Below are positions 40,801-50,614 of a DNA stretch of 64,000 nucleotides, in pieces. The notes beneath the pieces are model-generated. The model was not told the DNA's origin. It searched no databases and saw only the letters and a list, made by a program, of their open reading frames with translations. Source of the stretch: Candidatus Multivorans sp. (GTDB lineage Bacteria; Acidobacteriota; Thermoanaerobaculia; Multivoradales; Multivoraceae); assembly GCA_965247095.1 (NCBI GenBank), contig OZ251997.1:32001-96000 (forward strand), read 5' to 3'. Each line of letters begins with the position of its first letter. Position 1 is the stretch's first letter. A program made the translations under genes and the position numbers.

Positions 40801-40893
40801 CTACGCCGACGAACCCCCGTCCATCACGATCGTCGCCCCGGTCATGTAGCTCCCCGCCTTCGAGGCCAGGAACACCGCCGCGCCGGCGGTCTC
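40801..40893 (-). pseudogene. C-terminal remnant of an SDR oxidoreductase
   Basis: Minus strand reads ETAGAAVFLASKAGSYMTGATIVMDGGSSA*, a classic SDR C-terminus; absent from the ORF track. Confidence 0.8.
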
Positions 40894-42182
40894 CCGGGTC
40901 GACGCTGAAGCCGCTGCTCTACGGACTGGCCCTGGACAGCGGCCTGATTCATCCGATGACGCTGCTCGAGGACGCCCCGCGGCGGTATGCGGCGTATGCG
41001 CCGGAGAACTTCGACCGCGGCTTTCTGGGGCCCGTCTTCGCCCGCGACGCCCTCGTCCACAGCCGCAACCTGCCCGCCGTCAGTCTGCTCGAAGCGCTCG
41101 ATGTGGAGCGGTTCCGGGACTGGCTCCAGGAGGCCGGAGTGGGTGGCCTCAAGTCGGCAGAACACTACGGTCTGGCCTTGGCGCTCGGCGGCAGCGAGAT
41201 CACGATGGAGGAACTGGTGCGCCTCTACGCGGTGCTGGCCGGCGGTGGAGTCTGGCGCGATCTCAGCACTACCGCGGGCGCTTCAGCGGCGCCGGCGAAG
41301 CGCCTGCTCAGCCCCGAAGCGAGCTTCCTGGTGCTCGACATGCTCCGAGACGTGCCGCGGCCCGACGCGCCGTCTCTGGTCGCCGGGACGCGGCAGCCGG
41401 TGGCCTGGAAGACCGGTACCTCGTTCGGCTTCCGTGACGCCTGGAGCGTGGGTGTCGCCGGCCGCTACGTGCTGGCGGTGTGGGTCGGCAACTTCGACGG
41501 CAGCGCCAATCCGGCCTTCGTTGGCCGGGAGGCGGCGGCGCCGCTGTTCTTCGCCATCGTCGACAGCCTGAATGTGCCCCCGGCCAGCGATCAGCCGGCC
41601 ACCGCTCTCAACCTGCGGCGCGTCGACGTGTGTGCGACCACGGGCGATCTGCCAGGCCGGCACTGCCCGCGCACGACCCGATCCTGGTTCATTCCGGGCG
41701 TGTCGCCGATCAAGGAGTCGTCGGTCTACCGCGCGGTGCGCGTGGATCCGGCAACGGGGCTGAGGAGTTGCCGTGACGACATCGCGGCGCGTGAGGAGAT
41801 CTACGAGTTCTGGCCCTCGAACATCTACGCCGTGTTCCGGCGTGCCGGCGTCGCCATCCGGCAGCCTCCGCCGTGGTCCCCGGAGTGCGGGCTCGACCGC
41901 ACGTCGGCCTCGGGTGCGCCTCCGCGCATCGCCTCGCCTCAGAGTTCGCTGATCTACCACGTCCCGCGCCGCGGTGCGGAGCGGTCGAACGTGCTGTTCT
42001 CCGCCGTTGCCGACGGCGATGCGGGGGAGCTGTACTGGTTCGTCAACGACCGTCTCGTCGCCCGGGTGTCGCCCGGCGAGGACTACCTGTGGTCGCCGCG
42101 GGCGGGTCGGTTTACCGTGCGCGTGGCGGACGATCTGGGGCGGGCGCACGCCGTCCCGATCACGGTGGCTGCGAGTCCGTAG
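40887..42182 (+). pseudogene. pbpC: Penicillin-binding protein 1C, 5'-truncated (transpeptidase and C-terminal domain only)
   Basis: Frame opens at RSPGSTLKP (SxxK), then HSRNLPAV (SxN), WKTGTSFGFRDAW (KTG), VWVGNFDG, LYWFVND; no TM anchor or glycosyltransferase domain. Confidence 0.85.
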
Positions 42183-42202
42183 GCTGCTACCGTCCCGGAC
42201 CC

Positions 42203-44617
42203 GTGACGGATCGTCCTTGCTCCAACCTGCGCGTGATCGAAATCGCCGGTTCGCCGGCGGGCGCCTACGCCGGTCTGCTGCTTGGAGCTTGCGGCGCCGA
42301 GGTGCTGCGCTTCGAACCGCACGGCGGGGACCCGTGGCGCGAGATCGGCGTGCGCTGGCGGGGCGTTGGCGCCGCGTACGCGTACCTGAACGCCGGCAAG
42401 CGCGCGGTGCGGCTACGGCCGAGTGCTGGCCGGGGCCGGGCGCAGATCCTGAAGCAGGTCGAGCGCGGTGGCGTCGACATCGTGATCGAGAGCTCCGCGC
42501 CGGGGCCGCTCGAACCGCTGATTGCCGAAGACTATGCGCCGCACGCCGTGCTGCTGCGGATCTCGCCCTTCGGGCTCGGCGCGGCGACCGGAAACAGCGT
42601 CTGGGGACAGGCGGGGCCACCGCGGTCGAACGAGTTCACGGACGACGCCTGGTCGGGGCACCTGTACCTGAACGGAGCGCCGGACCGGGAACCGATCGCG
42701 CGGCCGGGTCTTCACGCCCACTTCCAGGCCGGCGCCCACGCGGTGATCGGCGGTCTAGCCGCGGTTCTGGCCCGGCCTGCGATCGGTTGCGGTCAGACCG
42801 TCGATGTGTCCCACGTCGAGGCACTGGCCGCGCTGCACCAGTACACCACGGTGATGTGGACCCAGGCGGGCTACATTCTCGGCCGGGTCGGCAATTCCCA
42901 GGGCGGGCCCTGGCACCCGGTGGGCGTTCACCGCTGCAAGGACGGGTACGTGTCGCTGGCCATGCCGGCCAAGGAGATGCTGCATCCGTTCCTCGAGGCT
43001 GCGGGTCTGGCTCACCTCGCCTGGGATCCGCGCTTCGCGGAGGATGCCGACCGGGCGGAAAACCGGGAGGACTTCGATCGCGCGATCGAACCGTGGATGA
43101 TGGCCCACACCGCGGCCGAGATCATCGAACTGGGGGAGCGGGTGAGGGCGCCGATCGGTCCGGTGATCGATGTGCTGGAGGTGCTCGACGACCCTCACTT
43201 TCGGGCTCGCGGATTCTTCGTGCCGATCGACGGCGGCAGCGGGCCGCTCGTGCCGCGCGGGCCGTTCCTGCTGAGTTGCGAGACTCGCGGACGGGACGGG
43301 CCGGCGCCGGCGCCGGCAGCCCGAGCGGCACTGACGGACGGCCCGCTCCAGGGCCTGCGCGTTCTCGACCTCACCCGGGTCTGGGCCGGACCGCTGGCGA
43401 CCCGGATCCTCGGCGACCTCGGCGCCGACGTGATCAGGGTCGAGGCGGCCTGGGCGCGCGGCCCGGCGGAACGGTCGGCGAGGATCGCCCGGCTCAGCCA
43501 CCTCTACCCGGAGAACGAAGCCGGCGAACGCCCGTTCGACCGCAACGCCGCGTTCAACAAGATGAACCGGAACAAGCGCTCGGTGACGCTCGAGTTGAAC
43601 GATCCGGAGGCGCGCCGAATCTTCGAGGAGCTCGTCGAGCGTGCCGACGTCGTCTGCGACAACTTCAGCCCCCGGGTCATGCCGAAGCTGGGGCTCGACG
43701 CGGAGGGCCTCCACAGGATCAACCCGGGCCTGGTCGCGGTCTCCATGCCCGGCTTCGGGAACTCCGGCCCGTACCGCGATCGGCTCGCGTACGGTCCCCT
43801 GATCGAGTCGACGATGGGGTTGACGTCCGAACTCGGTTATCGGGACGGCGGTCCGCACCGGTCGGGCATCGCCTGGCCCGACCCGGTGACGGCGCTGCAC
43901 ACGGTCGTGGGCACGCTGGCGATGCTCTACGGACGCTTGACGTCGCCGGAGGGCGAGGGCGGCACGGTCGAAACGCCGATGGTCGAGGCGACGGCGACCA
44001 TGTTCGGCGATCACATCCTGGCCGCCCAGCTTCGCGGAGCAGCCGGGCCTCGGCGCGGCAACCGCCATCCCCGGCGCGCGCCCCAGGGCTGCTACCAGTG
44101 CCTGGGCGAGGACCGTTGGCTCGCGGTCAGTGTCGAGAACGATGCGGAATGGCAGGCGCTGTGCGATCTGGCCGGCCTGCCGGCGTCCTTCGCGTCGATG
44201 TCGCTGGACCAGCGGCGGGCGGACGAGGACCGGATCGACGGTCTGCTCTCGGACTGGACCCGCAGTCGAGATCGGGACGCTCTGGCGGTTGCACTGCGCC
44301 GCGCCGGGATCACGGCGGCGCCGGTCGCCGACGCCCGCGACCTGGCCCGTGACCCGTTCCTGGAAGCGCGCGGCTTGTGGACCGAGCTCGACCACCGGGA
44401 GGTCGGCAGGCGCCGGTACCCGGGCCTGGCGATCCACTTCAGTGTGACCGGCGGGACTTACCGCCGCGCCGCGCCGTGTCTCGGCGAACACAACCGGGAA
44501 GTGCTGGTCGAGGTTCTCGGGTTCCCGCCGTCTCGCGTCGACGAGTTGGAGCGCGCGGGCATCCTGCGCGACACACCGCCGGAAGGCGCGACGAGCCGGG
44601 GCGTCAAGAAGGCCTGA
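42203..44617 (+). CDS. Family III CoA-transferase, tandem two-domain fusion, 804 aa
   Basis: GTG start MTDRPCSNLRVIE; second domain LRVLDLTRVWAGPLATRILGDLGADVIRVE, NRNKRS, APCLGEHN. Confidence 0.88.
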   Translation: MTDRPCSNLRVIEIAGSPAGAYAGLLLGACGAEVLRFEPHGGDPWREIGVRWRGVGAAYAYLNAGKRAVRLRPSAGRGRAQILKQVERGGVDIVIESSAPGPLEPLIAEDYAPHAVLLRISPFGLGAATGNSVWGQAGPPRSNEFTDDAWSGHLYLNGAPDREPIARPGLHAHFQAGAHAVIGGLAAVLARPAIGCGQTVDVSHVEALAALHQYTTVMWTQAGYILGRVGNSQGGPWHPVGVHRCKDGYVSLAMPAKEMLHPFLEAAGLAHLAWDPRFAEDADRAENREDFDRAIEPWMMAHTAAEIIELGERVRAPIGPVIDVLEVLDDPHFRARGFFVPIDGGSGPLVPRGPFLLSCETRGRDGPAPAPAARAALTDGPLQGLRVLDLTRVWAGPLATRILGDLGADVIRVEAAWARGPAERSARIARLSHLYPENEAGERPFDRNAAFNKMNRNKRSVTLELNDPEARRIFEELVERADVVCDNFSPRVMPKLGLDAEGLHRINPGLVAVSMPGFGNSGPYRDRLAYGPLIESTMGLTSELGYRDGGPHRSGIAWPDPVTALHTVVGTLAMLYGRLTSPEGEGGTVETPMVEATATMFGDHILAAQLRGAAGPRRGNRHPRRAPQGCYQCLGEDRWLAVSVENDAEWQALCDLAGLPASFASMSLDQRRADEDRIDGLLSDWTRSRDRDALAVALRRAGITAAPVADARDLARDPFLEARGLWTELDHREVGRRRYPGLAIHFSVTGGTYRRAAPCLGEHNREVLVEVLGFPPSRVDELERAGILRDTPPEGATSRGVKKA

Positions 44618-44709
44618 GAGCGACGGCCGCGCCCGCTTGCCTTGGCCGCGGACTGCTAGGGTGACTCATCGCCTCTACAGCCGGACGCGCCGTACCGATC
44701 GAAGTTCCA

Positions 44710-46254
44710 TTGCCCACGACGAGCGAGGCTTCAGCCGCACCGCAGCCGCTCTGGGCCAAGGTCATCGACCAGACGCGTTGCATCGGGTGCCATGCGTGTA
44801 CAACCGCGTGCAAGTCCGAGAACGAGGTGCCGCTATCGGTCACGCGCACGTACGTGAAGTCCGTCGACGTGGGGCGCTATCCCCGCGCGCGCCGCGCCTT
44901 CCAGGTCACGCGCTGCAACCAGTGTGAGGACGCACCCTGCGTCGCGGCCTGCCCGACCTCTGCGATGTACCGCCGGGACGACGGCATCGTCGACTTCGAC
45001 AAGTCGTCGTGCATCGGATGCAAGGCGTGCATCGCGGCGTGCCCGTACGATGCGATCTTCATCAATCCCGACGACCACTCGGCAGAAAAGTGCAACTTCT
45101 GTGCGCACCGGCTCGACATCGGCCTCGAGCCCGCGTGCGTCGTCGTCTGTCCGACCGAGGCGCTGCTCGTCGGCGACATGAACGACCCGCTCTCCGAGGT
45201 CTCGAAGATCGTCCACCAGGAACCGGTTGCGGTGCGACGGCCGGAGAAGGAGACGCGGCCCAAGGTCTTCTACAAGGGCGCGGACCGGGCAACGCTGGAT
45301 CCACTTGCCGCGCGCCAACCCGAGGGCGGCCTGTTCATGTGGAGCGAGCAGGACAACGGCAGCGGGAAGGTGTCGTCCGGCCATACCGGCCCCCGCAACA
45401 GTTCCGCGGCGGCACTGCTCAGCTACGACGTCCCGCACGAGATTCCGTGGGACTTCCGGGTGAGCCTCTACACGTTCACCAAGTCGATCGCCGCGGGGGC
45501 CTATCTGGTGCCGCTGCTGCTGGCGATCGCCGGCATGATCCCCTGGACGTCGCCGGTGTGGACGCTCATAGGCCCCTTGATGGCGCTCGCTTTTCTGGTG
45601 CTGACGGGCGCGCTCCTGGTGTGGGATCTGGAGCATCCGGAGCGTTTCTGGATGGTGCTCGCCAGACCGCAGTGGCGCAGTTGGCTGGTGCGCGGGGGCT
45701 TCGCCATCACCGCGTACGGCGCACTGTTAGCCGGCCACATCGGCGCCGTTGTGGCCGGCCGGCCCGAGTGGACGCAGGTGTTGGCTTGGGCCGGGGGCCC
45801 GCTGGCGGCCGCGGCCGCGGTCTACACCGCGTACCTTCTTGCCCAGGCACGCGCGCGCGACCTCTGGCAGAGCTCGCTGCTGCCGCCGCACTTTCTCATC
45901 CAAGCGCTGCTGGCCGGCTCGGGCGCGCTGATTCTGGCTGACCTGGCCACGGGCGGAGCTGTGGAACTCGGCGTCGGCGCCGTGTGGATCTTCCAGACCT
46001 CGCTGGCTGTCCACATCGCCCTTACCCTTGGCGAGGCGACGATGACGCACCCGACCGCCCACGCCGCCCTGGCTGCTCGCGGCATGCTCAAGGGCCGGTA
46101 TGCGGTCCCCTACTGGACCGGTTTCTTCTTCGCCGCCGCCGCGCTGGTGCTTGTGGGCATCGGCGCCCACCTCGGTGCGGCCGCTGGACTCATGGGCCTG
46201 TTGCTCTACGAGCACGCCTATCTGCAAGCCGGCCAGTCGGTGCCCCTCTCCTGA
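44710..46254 (+). CDS. Four-cluster 4Fe-4S protein fused to an NrfD/PsrC membrane anchor
   Basis: CIGCHAC...C, CNQCEDAPC..ACP, CIGCKAC..ACP, KCNFC...ACVVVCP, followed by multiple TM helices with DLEHPERF and SWLVRG. Confidence 0.9.
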   Translation: MPTTSEASAAPQPLWAKVIDQTRCIGCHACTTACKSENEVPLSVTRTYVKSVDVGRYPRARRAFQVTRCNQCEDAPCVAACPTSAMYRRDDGIVDFDKSSCIGCKACIAACPYDAIFINPDDHSAEKCNFCAHRLDIGLEPACVVVCPTEALLVGDMNDPLSEVSKIVHQEPVAVRRPEKETRPKVFYKGADRATLDPLAARQPEGGLFMWSEQDNGSGKVSSGHTGPRNSSAAALLSYDVPHEIPWDFRVSLYTFTKSIAAGAYLVPLLLAIAGMIPWTSPVWTLIGPLMALAFLVLTGALLVWDLEHPERFWMVLARPQWRSWLVRGGFAITAYGALLAGHIGAVVAGRPEWTQVLAWAGGPLAAAAAVYTAYLLAQARARDLWQSSLLPPHFLIQALLAGSGALILADLATGGAVELGVGAVWIFQTSLAVHIALTLGEATMTHPTAHAALAARGMLKGRYAVPYWTGFFFAAAALVLVGIGAHLGAAAGLMGLLLYEHAYLQAGQSVPLS

Positions 46255-46262
46255 ATAGACCA

Positions 46263-49169
46263 GTGAACGAGCCGGGCAAGCTGGAAAGCCTCGAGCGCGT
46301 GGTCTCGGCGGCAAGGGCCGACGCCGAAGCCCGCGGCGAGACCTTCTATCCCGGCGCCAGCCGCGTCCACCTCGCGTCCTATCCGCCGAAGGAACGTTGG
46401 AACGACTGGGTCGAACTCGACTCCAAGGCATGGCCGCGGCGCGTCGAGAAGCGTTACATGCTGGTCCCGACCACGTGCTTCAACTGCGAGTCCGCGTGTG
46501 GACTCCTGGCCTACGTCGACCGTGACACGCTGCAGGTACGCAAGTTCGAGGGCAACCCCGAACACCCGGGCTCACGGGGTCGCAACTGCGCCAAGGGCCC
46601 GGCCACGCTCAACCAGATCACCGACCCCGACCGCATTCTCCATCCGCTCAAGCGGGCCGGCGGGCGCGGAGAAGGGAAGTGGGAGCGGGTGTCGTGGGAC
46701 GACGCCCTCGACGACATCGCGGCGCGCATTCGCAAGGCCCTGGAGGAAGAGCGGCACAACGAGATCATGTACCACGTCGGCCGCCCGGGGGAGGACGGAT
46801 ACACCGAGCGCATGCTCGCGGCCTGGGGCGTCGACGGACACAACTCGCACACCAATGTCTGTTCGAGCGGCGCGCGCGCCGGATACCACTGGTGGATGGG
46901 CATGGACCGCCCGAGCCCGGACCACGCCAACGCCAAGGTGATCGTCCTCGTCAGCAGCCACCTCGAGACCGGCCACTACTTCAACCCCCACGCGCAGCGC
47001 ATCATGGAGGGCAAGAAGAACGGCGCCAAACTGATCGTCCTGGACACGCGCCTCTCGAACACCGCGACCCACGCCGACCACTGGCTGTCGCCCTATCCCG
47101 GCTCGGAAGCGGCGATCTTCCTGGCGGTCGCGAACTGGATGATCCGGGAGGGCCGCTACGACCGCGACTTCGTGCGCCGGTGGTGGAACTGGCCGGACTT
47201 CATGGCGGCCCGGGGCGAGGCCGGCGCCTCGTTCGAGCGCTTCGAGGAAGCGCTGCGCCAGATGTACGCGGAGTACACCTTCGAGTACGCGGCGAGCGAG
47301 TCGGGCATCGATGCCGGCGAGCTGCGCGCCGTCGCCGAAGTGATCTCGACCGCCGGTACCCGTCTGGCCACCCACAACTGGCGCAGCGCCGGATCCGGGA
47401 ATCTCGGCGGCTGGCAGGTGGCCCGCACGCTCACGCTCTTAGGCGCGCTCCTCGGCGCCCTGGCCACCGAGGGCGGGACCTTCCCCAATGCCTGGAACAA
47501 GTTCGTGCCCAAGCCGCCGCGTCTCCCGAACCGCCCCCCGCGGCGGTGGAACGAGGTGCAGTGGCCGCGCGAGTATCCCCTGTCTCTGAACGAGATGTCG
47601 TTCCTGATGCCGCACCTGATGCGGGCGCAGGACGCCTACCTCGACGTGTACTTCACGCGCGTGCATAACCCCGTGTGGACCAACCCGGACGGCTTCAGTT
47701 GGATCGAGATGCTGAGCGACGCGCGCCGGATCGGCCTGCACGTGGCGATGACGCCGACCTGGAACGAGACCGCCTACTTCGCCGACTACGTTCTGCCGAT
47801 GGGGCATTCGTCCGAGCGGCACGATCTCACCTCGTACGAGCAGTACGACGGCCAGTGGCTCGGCTTTCGTCAACCGGTCCTGAGGGCCGCCCGGGGTCGC
47901 CTGGGAGAGAAGATCGGCGACACCCGCGAGGTGAACCCCGGCGAGGTGTGGGAGGAAAACGAATTCTGGATCGACCTCACCTGGCGCATCGATCCAGACG
48001 GTTCGCTGGGGATCCGCGAGTTCTTTGAGTCGGTCGAGAACCCCGGCGAGAAGATGACCGTCGATGAGTACTACGGCTGGATCTTCGCGAACACGGTGCC
48101 CGGGCTGCCTGAAGTCGCCGCGAAGGAAGGGCTGACGCCTTTGGAGTACATGCGCCGCTACGGCGCGTTCGAGGTCGCGAGCAAGGTCGGCAAGGTCTTC
48201 GAGCAGCGCGTTCCGGACGATGAGCTGGAGGATGCGCACGTCGACGAACGCGACCGCGTCTACACGCGTGCGCCGGCGCCCGCGAGCCCGCAGGCCCACG
48301 GAGGTACTGCACTTGATGCGGACGAAGACGGCCGTCGCCGGGTCGGCGTGCGCGTGGACGGCGAGATGCTCAAGGGCTGGCCGACGCCTTCCGGCAAGCT
48401 GGAGTTCTGGTCGAACACCCTCGCCGAGTGGGGATGGCCGGAGCTGGCGGCGCCCACCTACATCAAGAGCCACGTGCATCCGAGCCGGCTCGAGCCCGGG
48501 CAGATGCCATTGATCTCGACCTTCCGGATACCCGTGCAGATCCACACCCGGAGCGCCAACTCGAAGTGGCTCGACGAGATCGCGCACACGAACCCGCTCT
48601 GGATCCACCCGACCGACGCCGCGCGTCTGGGTATTGGCGGGACGGGCAGCCTGGTCCGGGTCACGACCGACCTCGGCTACTTCGTCGTCAAGGCGTGGAT
48701 CACCGAGGGGATCCGGCCCGGCGTCGTTGCGTGCAGCCATCACATGGGCCGCTGGAAACCGGAGGGCCAGCCGGGCCAACGCCTTGGCATGATGACCGTC
48801 GCGCTGGCGCAGAACGGTTCGGAGTGGTCGCTCGCGCCGAAGCAGAGCGGCGGTCCGTTCCGCTCGAAGGACCCAGACACGATGCGGGTCTGGTGGACCG
48901 ATGTCGGCGTGCATCAGAACCTGACCCACGCGGTGCACCCGGACCCGGTCTCCGGGCAGCACTGCTGGCACCAGGCCGTTCGTGTGACGCCCGCCGCGCC
49001 CGGCGACCAGCGTGGCGACGTGTCGGTCGACACGGATGGCTCGCGGGCGCAATTCGAGCGCTGGTTGGAACTGGCGCGGCCGGCCGACCGGCACTCGCCG
49101 GGTGGGATGCGCCGGCCCTGGTGGATGCTGCGTCCGGTGAGGCCCGCGCGCGAGGCCTACCGGTTCTAG
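46263..49169 (+). CDS. Mo/W-bisPGD oxidoreductase catalytic subunit (Psr/Phs-like superfamily), no Tat signal, 968 aa
   Basis: FS0 motif CFNCESAC...RNCAKG, W..VSWDDALD, SHTNVCS (probable Cys ligand), FADYVLP, HTRSAN, LWIHPTDAARLGI. Confidence 0.9.
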   Translation: MNEPGKLESLERVVSAARADAEARGETFYPGASRVHLASYPPKERWNDWVELDSKAWPRRVEKRYMLVPTTCFNCESACGLLAYVDRDTLQVRKFEGNPEHPGSRGRNCAKGPATLNQITDPDRILHPLKRAGGRGEGKWERVSWDDALDDIAARIRKALEEERHNEIMYHVGRPGEDGYTERMLAAWGVDGHNSHTNVCSSGARAGYHWWMGMDRPSPDHANAKVIVLVSSHLETGHYFNPHAQRIMEGKKNGAKLIVLDTRLSNTATHADHWLSPYPGSEAAIFLAVANWMIREGRYDRDFVRRWWNWPDFMAARGEAGASFERFEEALRQMYAEYTFEYAASESGIDAGELRAVAEVISTAGTRLATHNWRSAGSGNLGGWQVARTLTLLGALLGALATEGGTFPNAWNKFVPKPPRLPNRPPRRWNEVQWPREYPLSLNEMSFLMPHLMRAQDAYLDVYFTRVHNPVWTNPDGFSWIEMLSDARRIGLHVAMTPTWNETAYFADYVLPMGHSSERHDLTSYEQYDGQWLGFRQPVLRAARGRLGEKIGDTREVNPGEVWEENEFWIDLTWRIDPDGSLGIREFFESVENPGEKMTVDEYYGWIFANTVPGLPEVAAKEGLTPLEYMRRYGAFEVASKVGKVFEQRVPDDELEDAHVDERDRVYTRAPAPASPQAHGGTALDADEDGRRRVGVRVDGEMLKGWPTPSGKLEFWSNTLAEWGWPELAAPTYIKSHVHPSRLEPGQMPLISTFRIPVQIHTRSANSKWLDEIAHTNPLWIHPTDAARLGIGGTGSLVRVTTDLGYFVVKAWITEGIRPGVVACSHHMGRWKPEGQPGQRLGMMTVALAQNGSEWSLAPKQSGGPFRSKDPDTMRVWWTDVGVHQNLTHAVHPDPVSGQHCWHQAVRVTPAAPGDQRGDVSVDTDGSRAQFERWLELARPADRHSPGGMRRPWWMLRPVRPAREAYRF

Positions 49170-49183
49170 GCCGCTTGGAGCTT

Positions 49184-49268
49184 GCGCGGCAGAACGATCT
49201 GACCTGGGAACGCGGGCATCCTGCCCGCATCCGGCGCGAAGCGCCGGCTTCCGGACGTTCTGCCGCGC
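49184..49268 (+). repeat. REP-like element enclosed by a perfect 13-bp inverted repeat (MITE-like)
   Basis: GCGCGGCAGAACG (49184-49196) and CGTTCTGCCGCGC (49256-49268) flank the double-hairpin core at 49203-49247. Confidence 0.82.
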
Positions 49269-49286
49269 TAACTGCTGGAGCCCACG

Positions 49287-50606
49287 ATGACTTCGGTCGA
49301 ACTGCTGCGAGCCCTGGCCGTCTTCGCCGAGCCGCCTGAAGCGGCACACGCCCGGGTCGCCGGTCTGCTCGGCTTGGGTGACTGCATCGACGGCTCGGCG
49401 TACGCGGAGCTCTTCGTCTTCCAGTTGCCTCCATACGCCTCGATCTACGTGGGCCCCGAGGGCTGGATGGGCGGCGAGGCACGAGAGCGGATCGCCGGGT
49501 TCTGGCGCGCGGTGGGGCGGACGCCTCCCGCCGAACCGGACCACCTGAGCGTCCTTCTCGGCCTGTACGCCGCGTTGAGCGAGGAGCACGGTCAGGCGAC
49601 CGGTCCGGCCGCCGCGCTGGCGGCGGAAGCAGGCCGTGCCCTCCTGCACGAGCACCTGGCGCCGTGGGTCTTCGCGTATCTCGACCACGCCGAGGAACTG
49701 GCGGTGGGCGGCTACAAACGCTGGGCGGAGCTGCTCCGGGAGACCCTCGCGCAAGCGGCCGGGCGCGTGGGGCAGCCGGCGGTCCTGCCCGCTCACCTGC
49801 GCGCGGCATCCGGGCTTCCGGACCCGCGAACAGAGGGTGGTCAGGCCTTCCTCAAGGGACTCCTGGCGCCCGTCCGCTCCGGCATCATTCTGACTCGGGC
49901 GGCGCTCGGGACGATGGCGCGCGAACTCGACCTGGGGCTGCGCGCCGGTGAGCGACGGTTCGCCCTCGAAGGCCTGCTCGGGCAGGACTCGCAGGCGACT
50001 CTGGCCGCCCTGGCGGCCCTGGCCGCGCGCGAGGAACTGGCTCACAAGCGGCGCGAAGGTCTGCAGGGGGAGTCAGCCCGATTCCTGGCACGGAGAGCCG
50101 GGCACACAGCCCGGCTTCTGAGCGAACTGGGGCGTTACTCTGGTAGCGAAATGGGTAGCGTGATTCCAGAAAGTCCGCGGGGCCGGCCGCCGGAGAAACT
50201 CGACTACGTCCTCGAGTCCTCCCTGTACGTGAGCGACCTCGACGCGGCGGAGGCCTTCTACAGGTCGGTCCTGGGGCTCACCCTCCATTCCAAGCTCAAA
50301 GGGAGACACGTCTTCTTCCGCTGCGGCAACCAGATGGTCCTCCTGTTCGATCCCGAGGCGACCGCCGACCCCGACTTGATCTCGCGGGGCCTCGGCGCCC
50401 ACGGCGCCCACGGTCCCGGTCATCTGGCGTTCGGGGTAGGCGAGGACGAGATCGACAGTTGGCGGACCCATCTCCAGAACCACGGTGTCGAGATCGAGCA
50501 CGAGGTCGAGTGGGGTGGGGAGCGGGGACGGTCCCTCTACTTCCGGGATCCGGACGGAAACAGTCTGGAGGTCGCGACGCCGGGTCTGTGGGGCATCGGG
50601 AACTGA
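49287..50606 (+). CDS. TorD/DmsD-family chaperone in frame with a C-terminal VOC/glyoxalase domain
   Basis: PPYASIY, EPDHL, EHLAPW in the N-part; ESSLYVSDL..AEAFY, HLAF, SLYFRDPDGNSLE in the C-part. Confidence 0.82.
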   Translation: MTSVELLRALAVFAEPPEAAHARVAGLLGLGDCIDGSAYAELFVFQLPPYASIYVGPEGWMGGEARERIAGFWRAVGRTPPAEPDHLSVLLGLYAALSEEHGQATGPAAALAAEAGRALLHEHLAPWVFAYLDHAEELAVGGYKRWAELLRETLAQAAGRVGQPAVLPAHLRAASGLPDPRTEGGQAFLKGLLAPVRSGIILTRAALGTMARELDLGLRAGERRFALEGLLGQDSQATLAALAALAAREELAHKRREGLQGESARFLARRAGHTARLLSELGRYSGSEMGSVIPESPRGRPPEKLDYVLESSLYVSDLDAAEAFYRSVLGLTLHSKLKGRHVFFRCGNQMVLLFDPEATADPDLISRGLGAHGAHGPGHLAFGVGEDEIDSWRTHLQNHGVEIEHEVEWGGERGRSLYFRDPDGNSLEVATPGLWGIGN

Positions 50607-50614
50607 GCCGCCGA

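Noticed and set aside
46263-49169. Calling the Mo enzyme formate dehydrogenase or a specific reductase
   Set aside because: The FDH-type ligand motif (C/U followed by H) is not seen; substrate cannot be assigned without phylogeny.
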